From: a virus
Length of the DNA stretch: 64,000 bases
IMG/VR virus record: IMGVR_UViG_2938816664_000004
Direction: 5' to 3' (one strand)
This document shows, piece after piece, positions 19,605 to 29,964 of this stretch. A model generated the notes under the pieces. That model searched no databases. It saw only the letters and a list, made by a program, of their open reading frames with translations, and was not told the DNA's origin. The translations under genes and the position numbers were made by a program. Each line of letters begins with the position of its first letter. Within the stretch, counting starts at the first letter, position 1.

Positions 19605-20465
19605 TTAGCTTGCTTCTTGGTGCGCATCATCTAAGAGCGCTTCCAATTCATCACCCAAATCAATTTCAGTTACATCCAAAGATGAGGTGGTGACATCTTT
19701 GTATGAAACATCTGTCACATCACTAGCCAAGGCTGATGATGTGCCAATGGTTCGTTCAGCAGGGACGTGTGTCGGCTCTGCAGGGGCATAAAGTCCAGCA
19801 GCGCGTCTAATTGCACCCAACGCAAGGCGTTTTCTCTCTTCGTTTGCTTGTTTGACATAATCGTCAAGGTCAATCATACGTTTGAAAACTTCTGGATCAA
19901 CGTGAACCTTTTTGGAACCCGGTAATACGTTGTATTTCGTATTAAGACCTGTACCTTCACGGTTGATGGTAACAACTTGATGATCCACAAAAATTGCTTC
20001 ACCCCAATCGTCCATCATGTCCAGAATTGAGCTAAGTGTTAATTTGCCGACTTGAAGAGCTTTAGGCTGACCGTCATGCTTGCCTGAATCATCAACTTCA
20101 AGAACATTGAGCAAATACACAGTTGATGCTTTCGCGTCTTCCAATGTTTTGATCTGTTCGTCAGTTGCATTGGCACCAATTAAACGACCTGCTTCTGCAA
20201 TGGCATCGCAGATAGGACAGTCTTCATCAAAAGTTTTAGACATACATACATGAACGGTCGTTTCTGGCTTTCCGTCCGTGACTTTTGAATAATCCTTAAT
20301 GAAGTGCTGTGAGAAGGGTTTGTAGAACTCTTCGTTACGTTCTTGGTTCCAGTCTCCCAGTAAAACGTAATTGTTTTTACCCGGCTTTGGTTTGATGGTA
20401 GATTCACGGCTTTTGAGGGCGTCTTTGTTCTTCTTTGCGTTTGCTAAAAGTTTTGCTACGTTCAT
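19605..20465 (-). CDS. Putative single-stranded DNA-binding protein (gp32-like)
   Basis: H...C....CPIC zinc ligands, REGTGLNTKY OB-type strand, acidic C-terminus, replication context. Confidence 0.6.
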   Translation of the reverse strand: MNVAKLLANAKKNKDALKSRESTIKPKPGKNNYVLLGDWNQERNEEFYKPFSQHFIKDYSKVTDGKPETTVHVCMSKTFDEDCPICDAIAEAGRLIGANATDEQIKTLEDAKASTVYLLNVLEVDDSGKHDGQPKALQVGKLTLSSILDMMDDWGEAIFVDHQVVTINREGTGLNTKYNVLPGSKKVHVDPEVFKRMIDLDDYVKQANEERKRLALGAIRRAAGLYAPAEPTHVPAERTIGTSSALASDVTDVSYKDVTTSSLDVTEIDLGDELEALLDDAHQEAS

Positions 20466-20607
20466 TGCTTAATGTCCTACTGTCAAAAGGTTTAAATGCT
20501 CAATTGCTAGAAGTTCATGCTTTGCACTCAAAATGCCTAATTACTTAGAACTAGAAAAATTTTGAGTGCATTTCATTATAGTAAGCGCTTACTAATAATT
20601 TCAGGAA

Positions 20608-21696
20608 TTAAGAAAGATTTCGATTTTTTTTCATGGCATGTTGAGCGGCTTCTCTACCTTGGCTAAAGGTCTGGATATGCTGTTCCTGATATTCATTCAT
20701 GCGGAGCTGGCCCTGACGTTCCTGACGGCTATAGGCACCCCGTTGAATCAGCATGTCGTTACGGTCGCGTAACGCATAGACGAATCCTTTATGAATATCG
20801 GCATACATTTCCGCTTCGATATACAGCTCCTTGGCTTTAATCCAGCGGGAATCTTTACGGACGGCGTTTTCTACCGCCTTTTCGGTGACCTTCTCACCGT
20901 TAGCCAAGAAGTGTTTGCGATAAGCCTCATAGAGCAGGGCTTCAAGACTTTCAAACTTCAACTTGACCTTTGCTGCCTGCGCTACAGCACGCGCTGCACG
21001 CTCATTCTGATACGCCGCAAGCGATGCTTGAGTTCTCATTGCTACATCAAGCGTGGCGTCTGTAAATTGAATGTCCCTGTTGAATGCTTCTACATCAGGG
21101 GCATATTTCAATGAGACGAAGCGCTCAATTTCTTTTTCAGATTTAACCTGTTTATCAGACTGTTTAGGCTCAAAGTTCGGAATGTCCTTCGATTGAAGTT
21201 CCACATCATTTGGCAGCTCTTCGCATACTGTGTCCACCGATTCTTCGACCGGCGGGAGGATAGGGCGTTCTTCCGGTTGTGGCATTGGGGTTTGCTCTGC
21301 TTCCACTTCCTTCAGCATGTCCTCAACTGATACTGAATCATTAACGATTTCGTGCGGTGTGGCTTCTGGCACTTTAGGCTCAAACGCTTCTTGCAGATCT
21401 AGTTCCTGTTCTGCATCAAGCTGTGCCTCTCGCTGCTGTTGATTGATCTGCTCCTGAATCTCTTCGGGTGTTACCTGCGCGGCTCCCTCAATGGATGCTT
21501 CAAGTTCAGCGGCAAGCAATTCTTCGTCTTCCAGCAGCTCTTCATCCAATTGAATATCGTCCGCGCTTACAGTTTCAGTCTTAGCCTTTTTCTTTTGCTC
21601 TTCCTCTTCAATCAAAAGGTTTTGTTCGTCCAGTTCTGCAAACAACTCGTTTAGCGTTTCGTCGTCGAAGTTATCAACAGTTTCAATTTTTGACAT
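20608..21696 (-). CDS. Hypothetical protein; acidic N-terminus, helical C-terminus (possibly UvsY-like)
   Basis: 362-aa ORF; KVTEKAVENAV..D helical segment. Confidence 0.55.
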   Translation of the reverse strand: MSKIETVDNFDDETLNELFAELDEQNLLIEEEEQKKKAKTETVSADDIQLDEELLEDEELLAAELEASIEGAAQVTPEEIQEQINQQQREAQLDAEQELDLQEAFEPKVPEATPHEIVNDSVSVEDMLKEVEAEQTPMPQPEERPILPPVEESVDTVCEELPNDVELQSKDIPNFEPKQSDKQVKSEKEIERFVSLKYAPDVEAFNRDIQFTDATLDVAMRTQASLAAYQNERAARAVAQAAKVKLKFESLEALLYEAYRKHFLANGEKVTEKAVENAVRKDSRWIKAKELYIEAEMYADIHKGFVYALRDRNDMLIQRGAYSRQERQGQLRMNEYQEQHIQTFSQGREAAQHAMKKNRNLS

Positions 21697-21785
21697 GTTT
21701 AATTACTCTCTTAAAAAGTTTATTTAGCGTAATAAGTTGCATTTGGATGTAAACGCAGAGCATAAACATCCAACTGATTAAGAAA

Positions 21786-23051
21786 TTAAGAAATAATGTC
21801 AGCAACCTCCTTGAATGCTTTTACAAGTCCTTCCAGCTTTGTAGGGTCAAAATGGCATTGCTGTGGGTTAAGTCCGCAAACAATGGTTGCGTCTAATTTA
21901 GGGTTGTAGAAAGTCATGCCTACGAGATCGCTAGGGGATACCTTAACGTCAGGTAATAAGTAGCGAATTGACTGACTTCCAAGGGCAACAATGACTGGCG
22001 GTTTAAGAAGCTCGATTTCTTTGGCCAAATGAGGACTACATCCATTGATTTGACCTGTCGTTAAGAACTTGTCTTGTTTTTTGGCTTTGACGAGCGTTGT
22101 GTAATAACCGTCCGCAACAGCTAATTCATTTTCTTTAATTGCAGCTTTGACATATTGAGCAGATTCGCCTTCGAGTAGTTTTCCTTTCTTTTCTTCCTCC
22201 CAAGTTGGACAGTCCGAAACAACCATAAATCGCATCTTTTTACCCAAACGAATATCAGGATGAACCTGTCCAGCAAGGTCGCAACCGTTACATTGCTTGC
22301 AATCGCGCATATGCTCGACCAACGAAGCTCGCAGGAATGGCTCTGAGGTATCTGTGTATCTATCTGCTTTTACTGAATCAATAATTAATCCTGGTAATAG
22401 CCGCATTTGGTCCTTTCGTCGTGAGAGGTCTTTCGCTGAAGGCTCACTAGGTTCAATGCTTGCAAACGCCCCAATTGCTCTGAGATTTTCAACGATTGTT
22501 TTATTCACTTTCGAGTTTGGTTGAGATGCTGCTTTCTCGAACTCGTCAAAGCTATCAAAACGTTTTTTTGGTGGAACTGAACCATCAGGACCATAGACCG
22601 GTGTGGTTTCACCTGTCTTTCTCGACTTCTTGTAGCGAACGACTTTCCAAGCCCGATTCTTCTCTCTCAATTTCACAATCGCTTTGGCAATCGTTTCTGA
22701 AATACCTTTGACTGCATTGAAAGGCGCCAAGATTTCAGTATTGGATTTAATCTTATAACGATCGGCTGAATAATTAATATCAGGAGGAAGAATCTCAATG
22801 CCGCATTCACGCGCATCTTTCACAAGTCCAGTGAGCTTATCTTCTGTATCAACCACGCTGAGACTTGCGGCAAAGTATTCAGCAGGGTAATGAACGCGAA
22901 TATATGCGCACCACATTGAAATGATTGAATACTCGACCGAGTGAGACTTGTTAAATTGGTAGTTGGCATTTGCTTCTGTTTGTTCCCAAATACGCTCGGC
23001 AACTGATTCTTCTAAACCATCATTCAAAATATTTAATGATTTAATTTTCAT
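21786..23051 (-). CDS. dnaE: DNA polymerase III alpha C-terminal half fused to a UDG-like domain
   Basis: YQFNKSHSVEY, HYPAEYFAA, ILPPDINYS, AVKGIS; C-terminal CKQCNGCDL...LLKPPVIVALG family-4 UDG-like fold. Confidence 0.88.
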   Translation of the reverse strand: MKIKSLNILNDGLEESVAERIWEQTEANANYQFNKSHSVEYSIISMWCAYIRVHYPAEYFAASLSVVDTEDKLTGLVKDARECGIEILPPDINYSADRYKIKSNTEILAPFNAVKGISETIAKAIVKLREKNRAWKVVRYKKSRKTGETTPVYGPDGSVPPKKRFDSFDEFEKAASQPNSKVNKTIVENLRAIGAFASIEPSEPSAKDLSRRKDQMRLLPGLIIDSVKADRYTDTSEPFLRASLVEHMRDCKQCNGCDLAGQVHPDIRLGKKMRFMVVSDCPTWEEEKKGKLLEGESAQYVKAAIKENELAVADGYYTTLVKAKKQDKFLTTGQINGCSPHLAKEIELLKPPVIVALGSQSIRYLLPDVKVSPSDLVGMTFYNPKLDATIVCGLNPQQCHFDPTKLEGLVKAFKEVADIIS

Positions 23052-23623
23052 TGGTTAGCGCCTCGATCTTTGAAAATTCTTTCTTGGATTGGTCCACCAA
23101 CCCATTGCCAGTTCTTACCCAAAACAATGTGACTGACGGCATTGTTAGAAATGCCATATTCTTCCGCGAGCGCTTGTAATGTCACACCATTGTTCCGCTT
23201 CTCGCGAATTGCCACTACCTGCTCAGGTTTAAGTTTGTTTGTGTTTACTTTGGGTCCGCGAGCTGTAGTTCCATGTTTTTTCTTGTCTCTATGATTTGCC
23301 TTAACGGTATCCCATCGTAAATTAACCAATCTGTTGTCTGTCTTATCTCCATTACCGTGACACGCTTGCATTCCACTTGGTCTTTCTCCGACAAATGCTT
23401 CAAGCACCAACTTGTGAATCATTGGACAAATTTGCTTCTGTTTCTTACTTAAAAATACACACAGGTAGCCATCACGATGTTGTTTAGGTTTTAACACTTG
23501 CCCTTTTGCTAGACGTTGACCACCATGAGGAACAGCGACCATGCGGTCAAGCGACCGCACACGCCCTAAGTCTGAAACTTCATACAAGCCTTCGTAGTTC
23601 TTAATTGCTTTCCAGTTTTCCAT
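23048..23623 (-). CDS. NUMOD4-HNH homing endonuclease
   Basis: WKAIKNYEGLYEVSDLGRVRS (NUMOD4), HKLVLEAF...CHGNGDKTDNRLVNLRW (HNH), C-terminal HTH. Confidence 0.9.
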   Translation of the reverse strand: MENWKAIKNYEGLYEVSDLGRVRSLDRMVAVPHGGQRLAKGQVLKPKQHRDGYLCVFLSKKQKQICPMIHKLVLEAFVGERPSGMQACHGNGDKTDNRLVNLRWDTVKANHRDKKKHGTTARGPKVNTNKLKPEQVVAIREKRNNGVTLQALAEEYGISNNAVSHIVLGKNWQWVGGPIQERIFKDRGANQ

Positions 23624-23671
23624 TTAAACAACCTGTTTTTAATTCAATTTTATTAATATAAGTCATTGATT

Positions 23672-26029
23672 TTATTCATAAAATGATGGAATTTCGGCGC
23701 TTTCAGCGAATGCTTCTTCTACCGTTCTCATCACGCCATCAGTGCATTTGAACTTCTCCATTCGATGCACTTTTAACTTTGTGCCATCTTCAAGTTCAAC
23801 CTCTACAAACCCCGCTTTAGCACCATCAATAAACTTCGGTTTCAATTCAGCCATTTTCTTAAGGTCTTTTTTACCAATCGCTTTTCTGAGGTGATCTGAT
23901 TCAGCCATTGAGAACCCTGCTAACTTACGAGCAAGCGCCATCGTTTGCTCTTGATACACAACAACGCCATAAGTGTCAGACAGAACAGGTTCAAGGACTT
24001 CATGTGCGTAGGTGACTTCTTTTAATCCTTTTCGTAAGTCCACATAGTCATCCAACATGCCTGAATCCATAGGGCCCGGTCTATACAAAGCGGTAACAGC
24101 ACAAATGTCATCAAAGGTTACAGCGCCACCGTTTGAGATATTCTTCAATAGTTGTTGCATGCCGCTACTTTCTAGCTGAAACACACCTACAGTTTCACCG
24201 CGACCCAAAGCTTGCATGGTTTTTTCATCATCAAGTGGAATCTTTAATAGATCCAATTCAATACCATGTCGCTCTTTTACATAGTCACATGCGATGTTTA
24301 ATACATCTAAGGTGGCAAGACCGAGCAAGTCCATCTTGATCAATCCCCAATCCTCAACTACACGCTTGTCCCAATTGACGACTGGTGACTTTCCTCTAGT
24401 CTCGAGTACGGCTCGATTAACGATAGGTTCGCCTGCAACAACAATACCTGCCGCATGTTGGCCAAACGATTTCATTGTGCCTGCAAGCTTAGTTGCATGC
24501 TTCCAGATAACAGGATGTTCATTGCGGAACTTGTCTAGCTCAGGCACAGCGTCCGCAGAAGTATTCAGGTCAAGTGACGTTCCATGTTCTTTAAGCACAA
24601 GCTTGGTCGCACTTAATTGCGTGTTGTTCAAGCCGCTGATACGACCTGTATCACGTAGGGCTGAGGCTGAAGCTAGTGTTGAATAGTTCGAGATACCAGC
24701 GACATAATCTTCACCATATTTTTCAACAAGGTAATCAATCACCTTGTAGCGACCGCTTGAAGCGAAGTCCAGATCGGCATCAGGCAAGTCAAGACGTTCA
24801 GGATTGATGAAACGTTCGAAGATCAATCCAAAACGTATAGGATCAACGTCCGTGATCCCAAGCAGATAAGCGACTAATGAACCGCCTACAGAACCTCGCC
24901 CAGGGCCTACAATCACGCCGTTATTTTTAGACCACATCACCAAGTCTTCAACGAGCAAGAAGTAGGACTCAAAGCCCATCTTTTTTAATATTGAAAGCTC
25001 ATAGCCTAAGCGAGATTTATATACTGTATCTAATTCAGCTTTCGTTGGCTTATATCCAAGAATCTCTTTAGAAAAGCGTTTCTTCCAGCCTTCCAAACAT
25101 TTCGCGCATAGCGTTTTAAATTCGTCTGTGCTTAGCTTAGGTAGGGAAACTGGCTGCTTTTCAAAAATATATTGGCATTTGTCCACCAGCTCAGAAATAT
25201 TCTTTAGACCTTCTTTCCAAGCTTCCGCTGAATTGACGCGCTCATATTTGGCCATACGCTGAATAGCAGCTTTTGTATGGTCTAAAATGAATTTTGGCTC
25301 TTTAAAACCAAAATCTTTTACGTATTGAATAGGACGATAGTGCAGATCAAGTTGGGTATTGGTTGCGATAGCACTCAATACATCCAAAGTGTCCGCATCT
25401 TCATTCTCAAGATAGTTAAAAGGATAAGTGACGACGGTTTTAATTTTTTCGCGTTCATACGCCAAATAGCCTAAGTAGTTTAAGCGGTCGAACAATGGCG
25501 TATTGATCGGACTAAATTCAATATATAAATCATCACCAAATCTCGCTTTTAATACTTTTAAAATTCTTTCGTGATCAGGGTGACTAAACAGACCGTACAT
25601 ATCACCAGTTGTTACGACCACATCTTCCAATTTGCATAGAGCATCCAGATCAGTACGGCTGTGGTAGTAATATTGCTCTTTAGAGTTTGCGTCTGTAAGA
25701 AGTTTGAATAAGCCTTTAATGCCTTTTTCGCTTTTTACGTAGACTTTAGGGCAGAACATCAAGTTGCGTTTTTCAGCAATACCAGATGAGGCAGGGGGCT
25801 TACGATATTTAGAATCGTCATATACACGCAAACGACAACCAAACACCGGCTTGATATTGGCTTTGGTGGCTTTGTTCGAAAAATCTACCAATGCATGTAA
25901 GGACATGTCATCAACGATTGCGACCGATGAATAGCCTAAGCCTTTTGCAGCTTCGACAATTTTGTCTACCGTTAATAATGATTTTCCTATCGAAAAGTCA
26001 GATTGCACTGACATTGCGTGGTTTAACAT
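23672..26029 (-). CDS. dnaE: DNA polymerase III alpha N-terminal half (PHP plus palm)
   Basis: SDFSIG PHP start, GPGRGSVGGSLVAY, FERFINPER, PDADLDF, KMDLLGL, ALYRPGPM, VYQEQ. Confidence 0.93.
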   Translation of the reverse strand: MLNHAMSVQSDFSIGKSLLTVDKIVEAAKGLGYSSVAIVDDMSLHALVDFSNKATKANIKPVFGCRLRVYDDSKYRKPPASSGIAEKRNLMFCPKVYVKSEKGIKGLFKLLTDANSKEQYYYHSRTDLDALCKLEDVVVTTGDMYGLFSHPDHERILKVLKARFGDDLYIEFSPINTPLFDRLNYLGYLAYEREKIKTVVTYPFNYLENEDADTLDVLSAIATNTQLDLHYRPIQYVKDFGFKEPKFILDHTKAAIQRMAKYERVNSAEAWKEGLKNISELVDKCQYIFEKQPVSLPKLSTDEFKTLCAKCLEGWKKRFSKEILGYKPTKAELDTVYKSRLGYELSILKKMGFESYFLLVEDLVMWSKNNGVIVGPGRGSVGGSLVAYLLGITDVDPIRFGLIFERFINPERLDLPDADLDFASSGRYKVIDYLVEKYGEDYVAGISNYSTLASASALRDTGRISGLNNTQLSATKLVLKEHGTSLDLNTSADAVPELDKFRNEHPVIWKHATKLAGTMKSFGQHAAGIVVAGEPIVNRAVLETRGKSPVVNWDKRVVEDWGLIKMDLLGLATLDVLNIACDYVKERHGIELDLLKIPLDDEKTMQALGRGETVGVFQLESSGMQQLLKNISNGGAVTFDDICAVTALYRPGPMDSGMLDDYVDLRKGLKEVTYAHEVLEPVLSDTYGVVVYQEQTMALARKLAGFSMAESDHLRKAIGKKDLKKMAELKPKFIDGAKAGFVEVELEDGTKLKVHRMEKFKCTDGVMRTVEEAFAESAEIPSFYE

Positions 26030-26074
26030 AGAGAATCCTATACAACTAATCTCTTACAGCTATTAAATTAAAAA

Positions 26075-26755
26075 TCATTTGGAAATTAACAATTTGGAAG
26101 ACTCTTCTTTCGCAATCCCAAAACAGGTCAAAAGAACAAAAGCTAACGACACATGGCTTTGTGCAGTGTTTTCTTTCCAGTTGAGTTCTTCCATAAACGC
26201 TTTTTTTAGTTCACTGCGCGTATATCCACCCAAAAGAAGCTTTTCGACGGCAAGACTGAGCCAAGCTGGAGTTTTTCCTTTCATGGCATTTTCGTTTTTG
26301 GCCAATCCCTCCTTAATCTCGGTCACTAAACCGCTCTTAACTAAGGTCAATGCAAACGATTGAGCTTTTACAGGCAGCTTCACGATTAATTCCTGCTGTT
26401 CCGGTGTAGGCTCAAAAAAGACTTTCTCTACCTTGGTTGCTCGTTCAACGAGAGTCGGTTTCTTTGGTTGGATCCCACCCGAAGAAAGACTTTTGGCAGC
26501 ATTCATTTCTTCACGTAAAGCTCTGCGTTTAGCTTCTTGCGCCATCCGAGCTTTTTCATGCTGTTTGAGTAAATCGTTTACATTAACAACCTGCTTGATC
26601 GCGTTAAGCGTTTCATATGATTTCTGCTCACAAGCCTCAAATGCCGGGCATCGTTGGCAATATTCGCTATCACGCGAAAAACATGAGATTGAACCAAAAC
26701 AACCAAAAGCCTTTGCTTCAATAAAATCTATTCTTTCGTTTTCGTTTGATTTCAT
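26075..26755 (-). CDS. Hypothetical protein with N-terminal Cys cluster
   Basis: GCFG...CQRCPAFEAC. Confidence 0.6.
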   Translation of the reverse strand: MKSNENERIDFIEAKAFGCFGSISCFSRDSEYCQRCPAFEACEQKSYETLNAIKQVVNVNDLLKQHEKARMAQEAKRRALREEMNAAKSLSSGGIQPKKPTLVERATKVEKVFFEPTPEQQELIVKLPVKAQSFALTLVKSGLVTEIKEGLAKNENAMKGKTPAWLSLAVEKLLLGGYTRSELKKAFMEELNWKENTAQSHVSLAFVLLTCFGIAKEESSKLLISK

Positions 26756-26805
26756 TTAAAACGCTCTCTTTTGCGCTATATACGCTTTTAAAGTGTTGAA
26801 ATGAT

Positions 26806-27471
26806 TTAGACAGCAACGCGTGTAACGGCTTCTTCAACTTCTTTCACAGCGTCACGAATGAACCGTTTTTCTTTGTTTGTTTCGGCTGTTTTCATGATGC
26901 AATTAGCCACAAAACTTAGATTCAATTTGCGACGTCGTGGTCCCCGCGATTCATTTTTCTCAGGCGTATTGAGGGAAAGCTGATATTTGGCTTCTTGTGC
27001 CAACAACTCTCTTTCAATGAAATCAGGCGGATTTAAGGTGAATTTGAGTAAAATTTTTGCGAACGGTGAAAGCTGCTGCATTTCTTCTTTAAGAGTCTGC
27101 ATCAACTCATATGGGCCTAAAATATTTTGGCTCTGGTGATCAACAAAAACGTCATAATCACAGTCATCTTCACCATCACCCATACGATGCAAAATGTCGG
27201 ACTCGTATTCCGTTCTGTTATCGCCCAAATGATATTTTTTGAGTAATCTCGATACCATGTTGAGGCAAGCAGTAGTTAAATAAGTCGTTAATTTGCCTTT
27301 GCCTTCATCCCAAGTCTGAATCGATACCACGAAAACTTCACAGAAAATGGCATACAGCTCTTCAACGTCAATGCAATAGCCGACTGAGGTAAGTCGGCTA
27401 ATATTCCGGTGTGCCAAATGACGAAGAAGCTTGTCATGATCTCTGAAAAGCTGATCTTGATTTCTTACCAT
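26806..27471 (-). CDS. Sigma-70 region-2-like protein (putative phage sigma factor)
   Basis: DVEELY...WDEGKGKLTTYLTTACLN resembles sigma region 2.2-2.4. Confidence 0.55.
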   Translation of the reverse strand: MVRNQDQLFRDHDKLLRHLAHRNISRLTSVGYCIDVEELYAIFCEVFVVSIQTWDEGKGKLTTYLTTACLNMVSRLLKKYHLGDNRTEYESDILHRMGDGEDDCDYDVFVDHQSQNILGPYELMQTLKEEMQQLSPFAKILLKFTLNPPDFIERELLAQEAKYQLSLNTPEKNESRGPRRRKLNLSFVANCIMKTAETNKEKRFIRDAVKEVEEAVTRVAV

Positions 27472-27495
27472 AGCACACCCCCAAAAGTGTCCGAA

Positions 27496-28740
27496 TTAAC
27501 CGAACACTCGTTGAGCCAAGTCTTCCGCAACTTGCTGATCGACTTGAGTGAGCTTGTTAGTAAACGCCAATTTGAGACCGTGCTTGTAATCGTTACGACG
27601 CAAGCCAATCATTGCTGCGTTGATTAATGAACGTGGTGAGATGGTGTCGCTGATCTTGGAGTTTGCATATTGCTCGCGTACCAAGTTTGCATAATCCACT
27701 AACTTGTCAGCATCCTCTGCGCATAAACCTACACGTTTCTGGATAATCAAGGACTCATCTTCTTTCTTCATGTAGCTCTTATAGATCACTGAGCCAAAAC
27801 GGTCGTAGTTCGCTGAGTTCTGTAAGTTAGTACCCTGATAAAGACCAGTTTCATCACCTGAACCGTTCGTGTTACCTGTTGCAGCAAAACGGAAGTTTGG
27901 ATGTGGTTTGATGACACGGTTAGCTGCATCTGCTTCTTTGATATATAAAGGTTTACCTTCTAGTACAGCTTGATATACAGATAAAACGTTTGGTTGCGCG
28001 AAATCATATTCGTCAGCCAAATACATCCAGCCATGCTTCATCGCTAAAGCTAATGGCCCAAGCTCAAAGATGGTTTCACCATTTTTAACCGTCCACATAC
28101 CTACAATGTGAGATTCTTCTGTATTTGAAGTGTGCTGAATACGAACAAGAGGACGGCCAGTTCGAGCTGCGATCTGGTCAAACATTTCTGATTTACCAGC
28201 ACCTTTGTGTCCCCACACGTAAGGGTTGATGTTTAGCTCCAATGCAATCATGACATCCTTTAGCTCGTTCACGTTCCATACATACGTATCGTTGATTTCT
28301 GGAATCATTTCCGGGAAGGCAGAGTTCTCAATGCATGAGATTGGAATCGGTTTACCTGAACCACTAAGCGCGCTTTTACCTTTCAGATCAAAGATTTCAT
28401 GAAATGGTTTAGACACCACAATATCGTTTGGTTTTGCCTCATTATTAGTAAGTGCTAACTTTACTTTGTGGTTATTAGTAGACACTGTTGTTTCTTCCTT
28501 AGATGTTGAAGTATCTGTTGCTTTTTCTTGTTGGGCCTTTGCTAACTCTGCTTCTTTAGCTCTTTTAAGTTCAGCCTGTTCTTGCATCTTTTTCTGCGCT
28601 AAAGGCGACAATAAAGGGCTATCTGGATACTGTTCCTTGTACTCTTCATACGTAGTTTCAGGATGTTTTTCTTTTAAATGCTTAGCAATTACGTGAGTTT
28701 TTCCACCACAGATTTCACAGATAATAGGATCGTTAGACAT
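27496..28740 (-). CDS. CobS/MoxR-like AAA+ ATPase with N-terminal zinc finger
   Basis: CEICG...HLKEKH; GHKGAGKS; LADEYD; HPNFRFAATGNTNG; ISPR. Confidence 0.85.
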   Translation of the reverse strand: MSNDPIICEICGGKTHVIAKHLKEKHPETTYEEYKEQYPDSPLLSPLAQKKMQEQAELKRAKEAELAKAQQEKATDTSTSKEETTVSTNNHKVKLALTNNEAKPNDIVVSKPFHEIFDLKGKSALSGSGKPIPISCIENSAFPEMIPEINDTYVWNVNELKDVMIALELNINPYVWGHKGAGKSEMFDQIAARTGRPLVRIQHTSNTEESHIVGMWTVKNGETIFELGPLALAMKHGWMYLADEYDFAQPNVLSVYQAVLEGKPLYIKEADAANRVIKPHPNFRFAATGNTNGSGDETGLYQGTNLQNSANYDRFGSVIYKSYMKKEDESLIIQKRVGLCAEDADKLVDYANLVREQYANSKISDTISPRSLINAAMIGLRRNDYKHGLKLAFTNKLTQVDQQVAEDLAQRVFG

Positions 28741-28780
28741 TTATAAGCTCCAAAAACGGATTCGATAATTTATGAAAAAG

Positions 28781-29964
28781 CTCTGTACACGACAAATTTC
28801 ACAGAACCCTTATCCTATCAGGGTTCTGCCTTCTTAAAATTGCCAAAATTTCCTTAAACTCTTCTTTTTTCCCAAAACCAATTAAACGCTGAATCGCCAT
28901 TTGAACATAGTCTAAACCATAGCGAAATAAACTCATTGAGAGTCGTCCATGCTTCTTTATTTTTATCGCTTTTTTTTGATCATGTTGCCATTCACCCGTT
29001 AAGTAACACCAACAGAAGCTTATAGCTAACACCGCAATCAATTTTTTCACTCGTCTAGGGTTCTGTCAAAGGCGCGTATTTTCAAAGATTAAACCCGCGT
29101 CCTTTGAGACAACTGAATAAGGTTTCAATTTCCCAGCGTAATGCATAATCCTGAATAGCATTGGCATTAAACTGAGGAGAAACGACGAGTAAAAGCTCTC
29201 CATTTTCTAACTGTAGTGCACTTATATATAGTTTCACCCGACCAACCAAAATCCGTCGTTTACGACATTCAATTTGACCAACTTTAAGATGGCGAAATAA
29301 ATCACTAATTTTATGATTCTTTCCTAAATGATTGGTGACAATGAAGTTTTTAACACGAATGCAGAAGTTGATGTCTTGTTGTTCAATTAACCATGTAAAC
29401 CACTGCTCACCGATAAACTCTCTGTCTGCGAACACATTCACAATACGGTCTTTACCAAAAAATGGCTATAAAGCGTTGAATCAAAGCAATACGCTCTTTC
29501 GTATCTGAATTTCCACGTTTATTAAGCAATGTCAAAGGATAGGTATCGCTATTCCACGATAAACGATTGCGAGCATCAGGATATTAATATTTCGTTTTCC
29601 CCATTTCCAATTGGTTCTATCTAAAGTCAGTTGCACTTGGTCGAATGAAACATATTGAAAATCAACTGAGAAATTTGACGATAATCAAAATACTGACCTG
29701 CAAAGAAGCGCTGCATACGTCGATAAAATGATTGTGGTAAGCACTTGATGGGCAAGGCTTTAGATGCAGAAGAAAGATTACATGTTTGCTTTAAAATAAT
29801 CACAAGCATGATGAGCGCAAAGCACTTTAAATGTGACTTGTTCCATTTTAGATATTTGTTTAAGATAAGATATAACTCATTGAGATGTGTCATAGTATTC
29901 GTCGTTAGAAAACAATTATTATGACATTATTTCAATGAGTTATCTATTTTTATCGTGTACAGAG
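28781..29964 (-). mobile_element. ISAba1 (IS4 family) with frameshifted transposase and 9-bp target duplication
   Basis: CTCTGTACACGA..AAA inverted ends; ATGAAAAAG duplicated at 28772-28780 and 29965-29973; MTHLNELYLILNK transposase in several fragments. Confidence 0.93.

Noticed and set aside
23048..23671. Group I/II intron in dnaE
   Set aside because: The HNH ORF overlaps the downstream start and only 48 bp of AT-rich non-coding DNA is present, too little for a ribozyme core
28781..29964. Extra ISAba1 frameshifts as programmed recoding
   Set aside because: Several scattered small indels fit decay or sequencing error better
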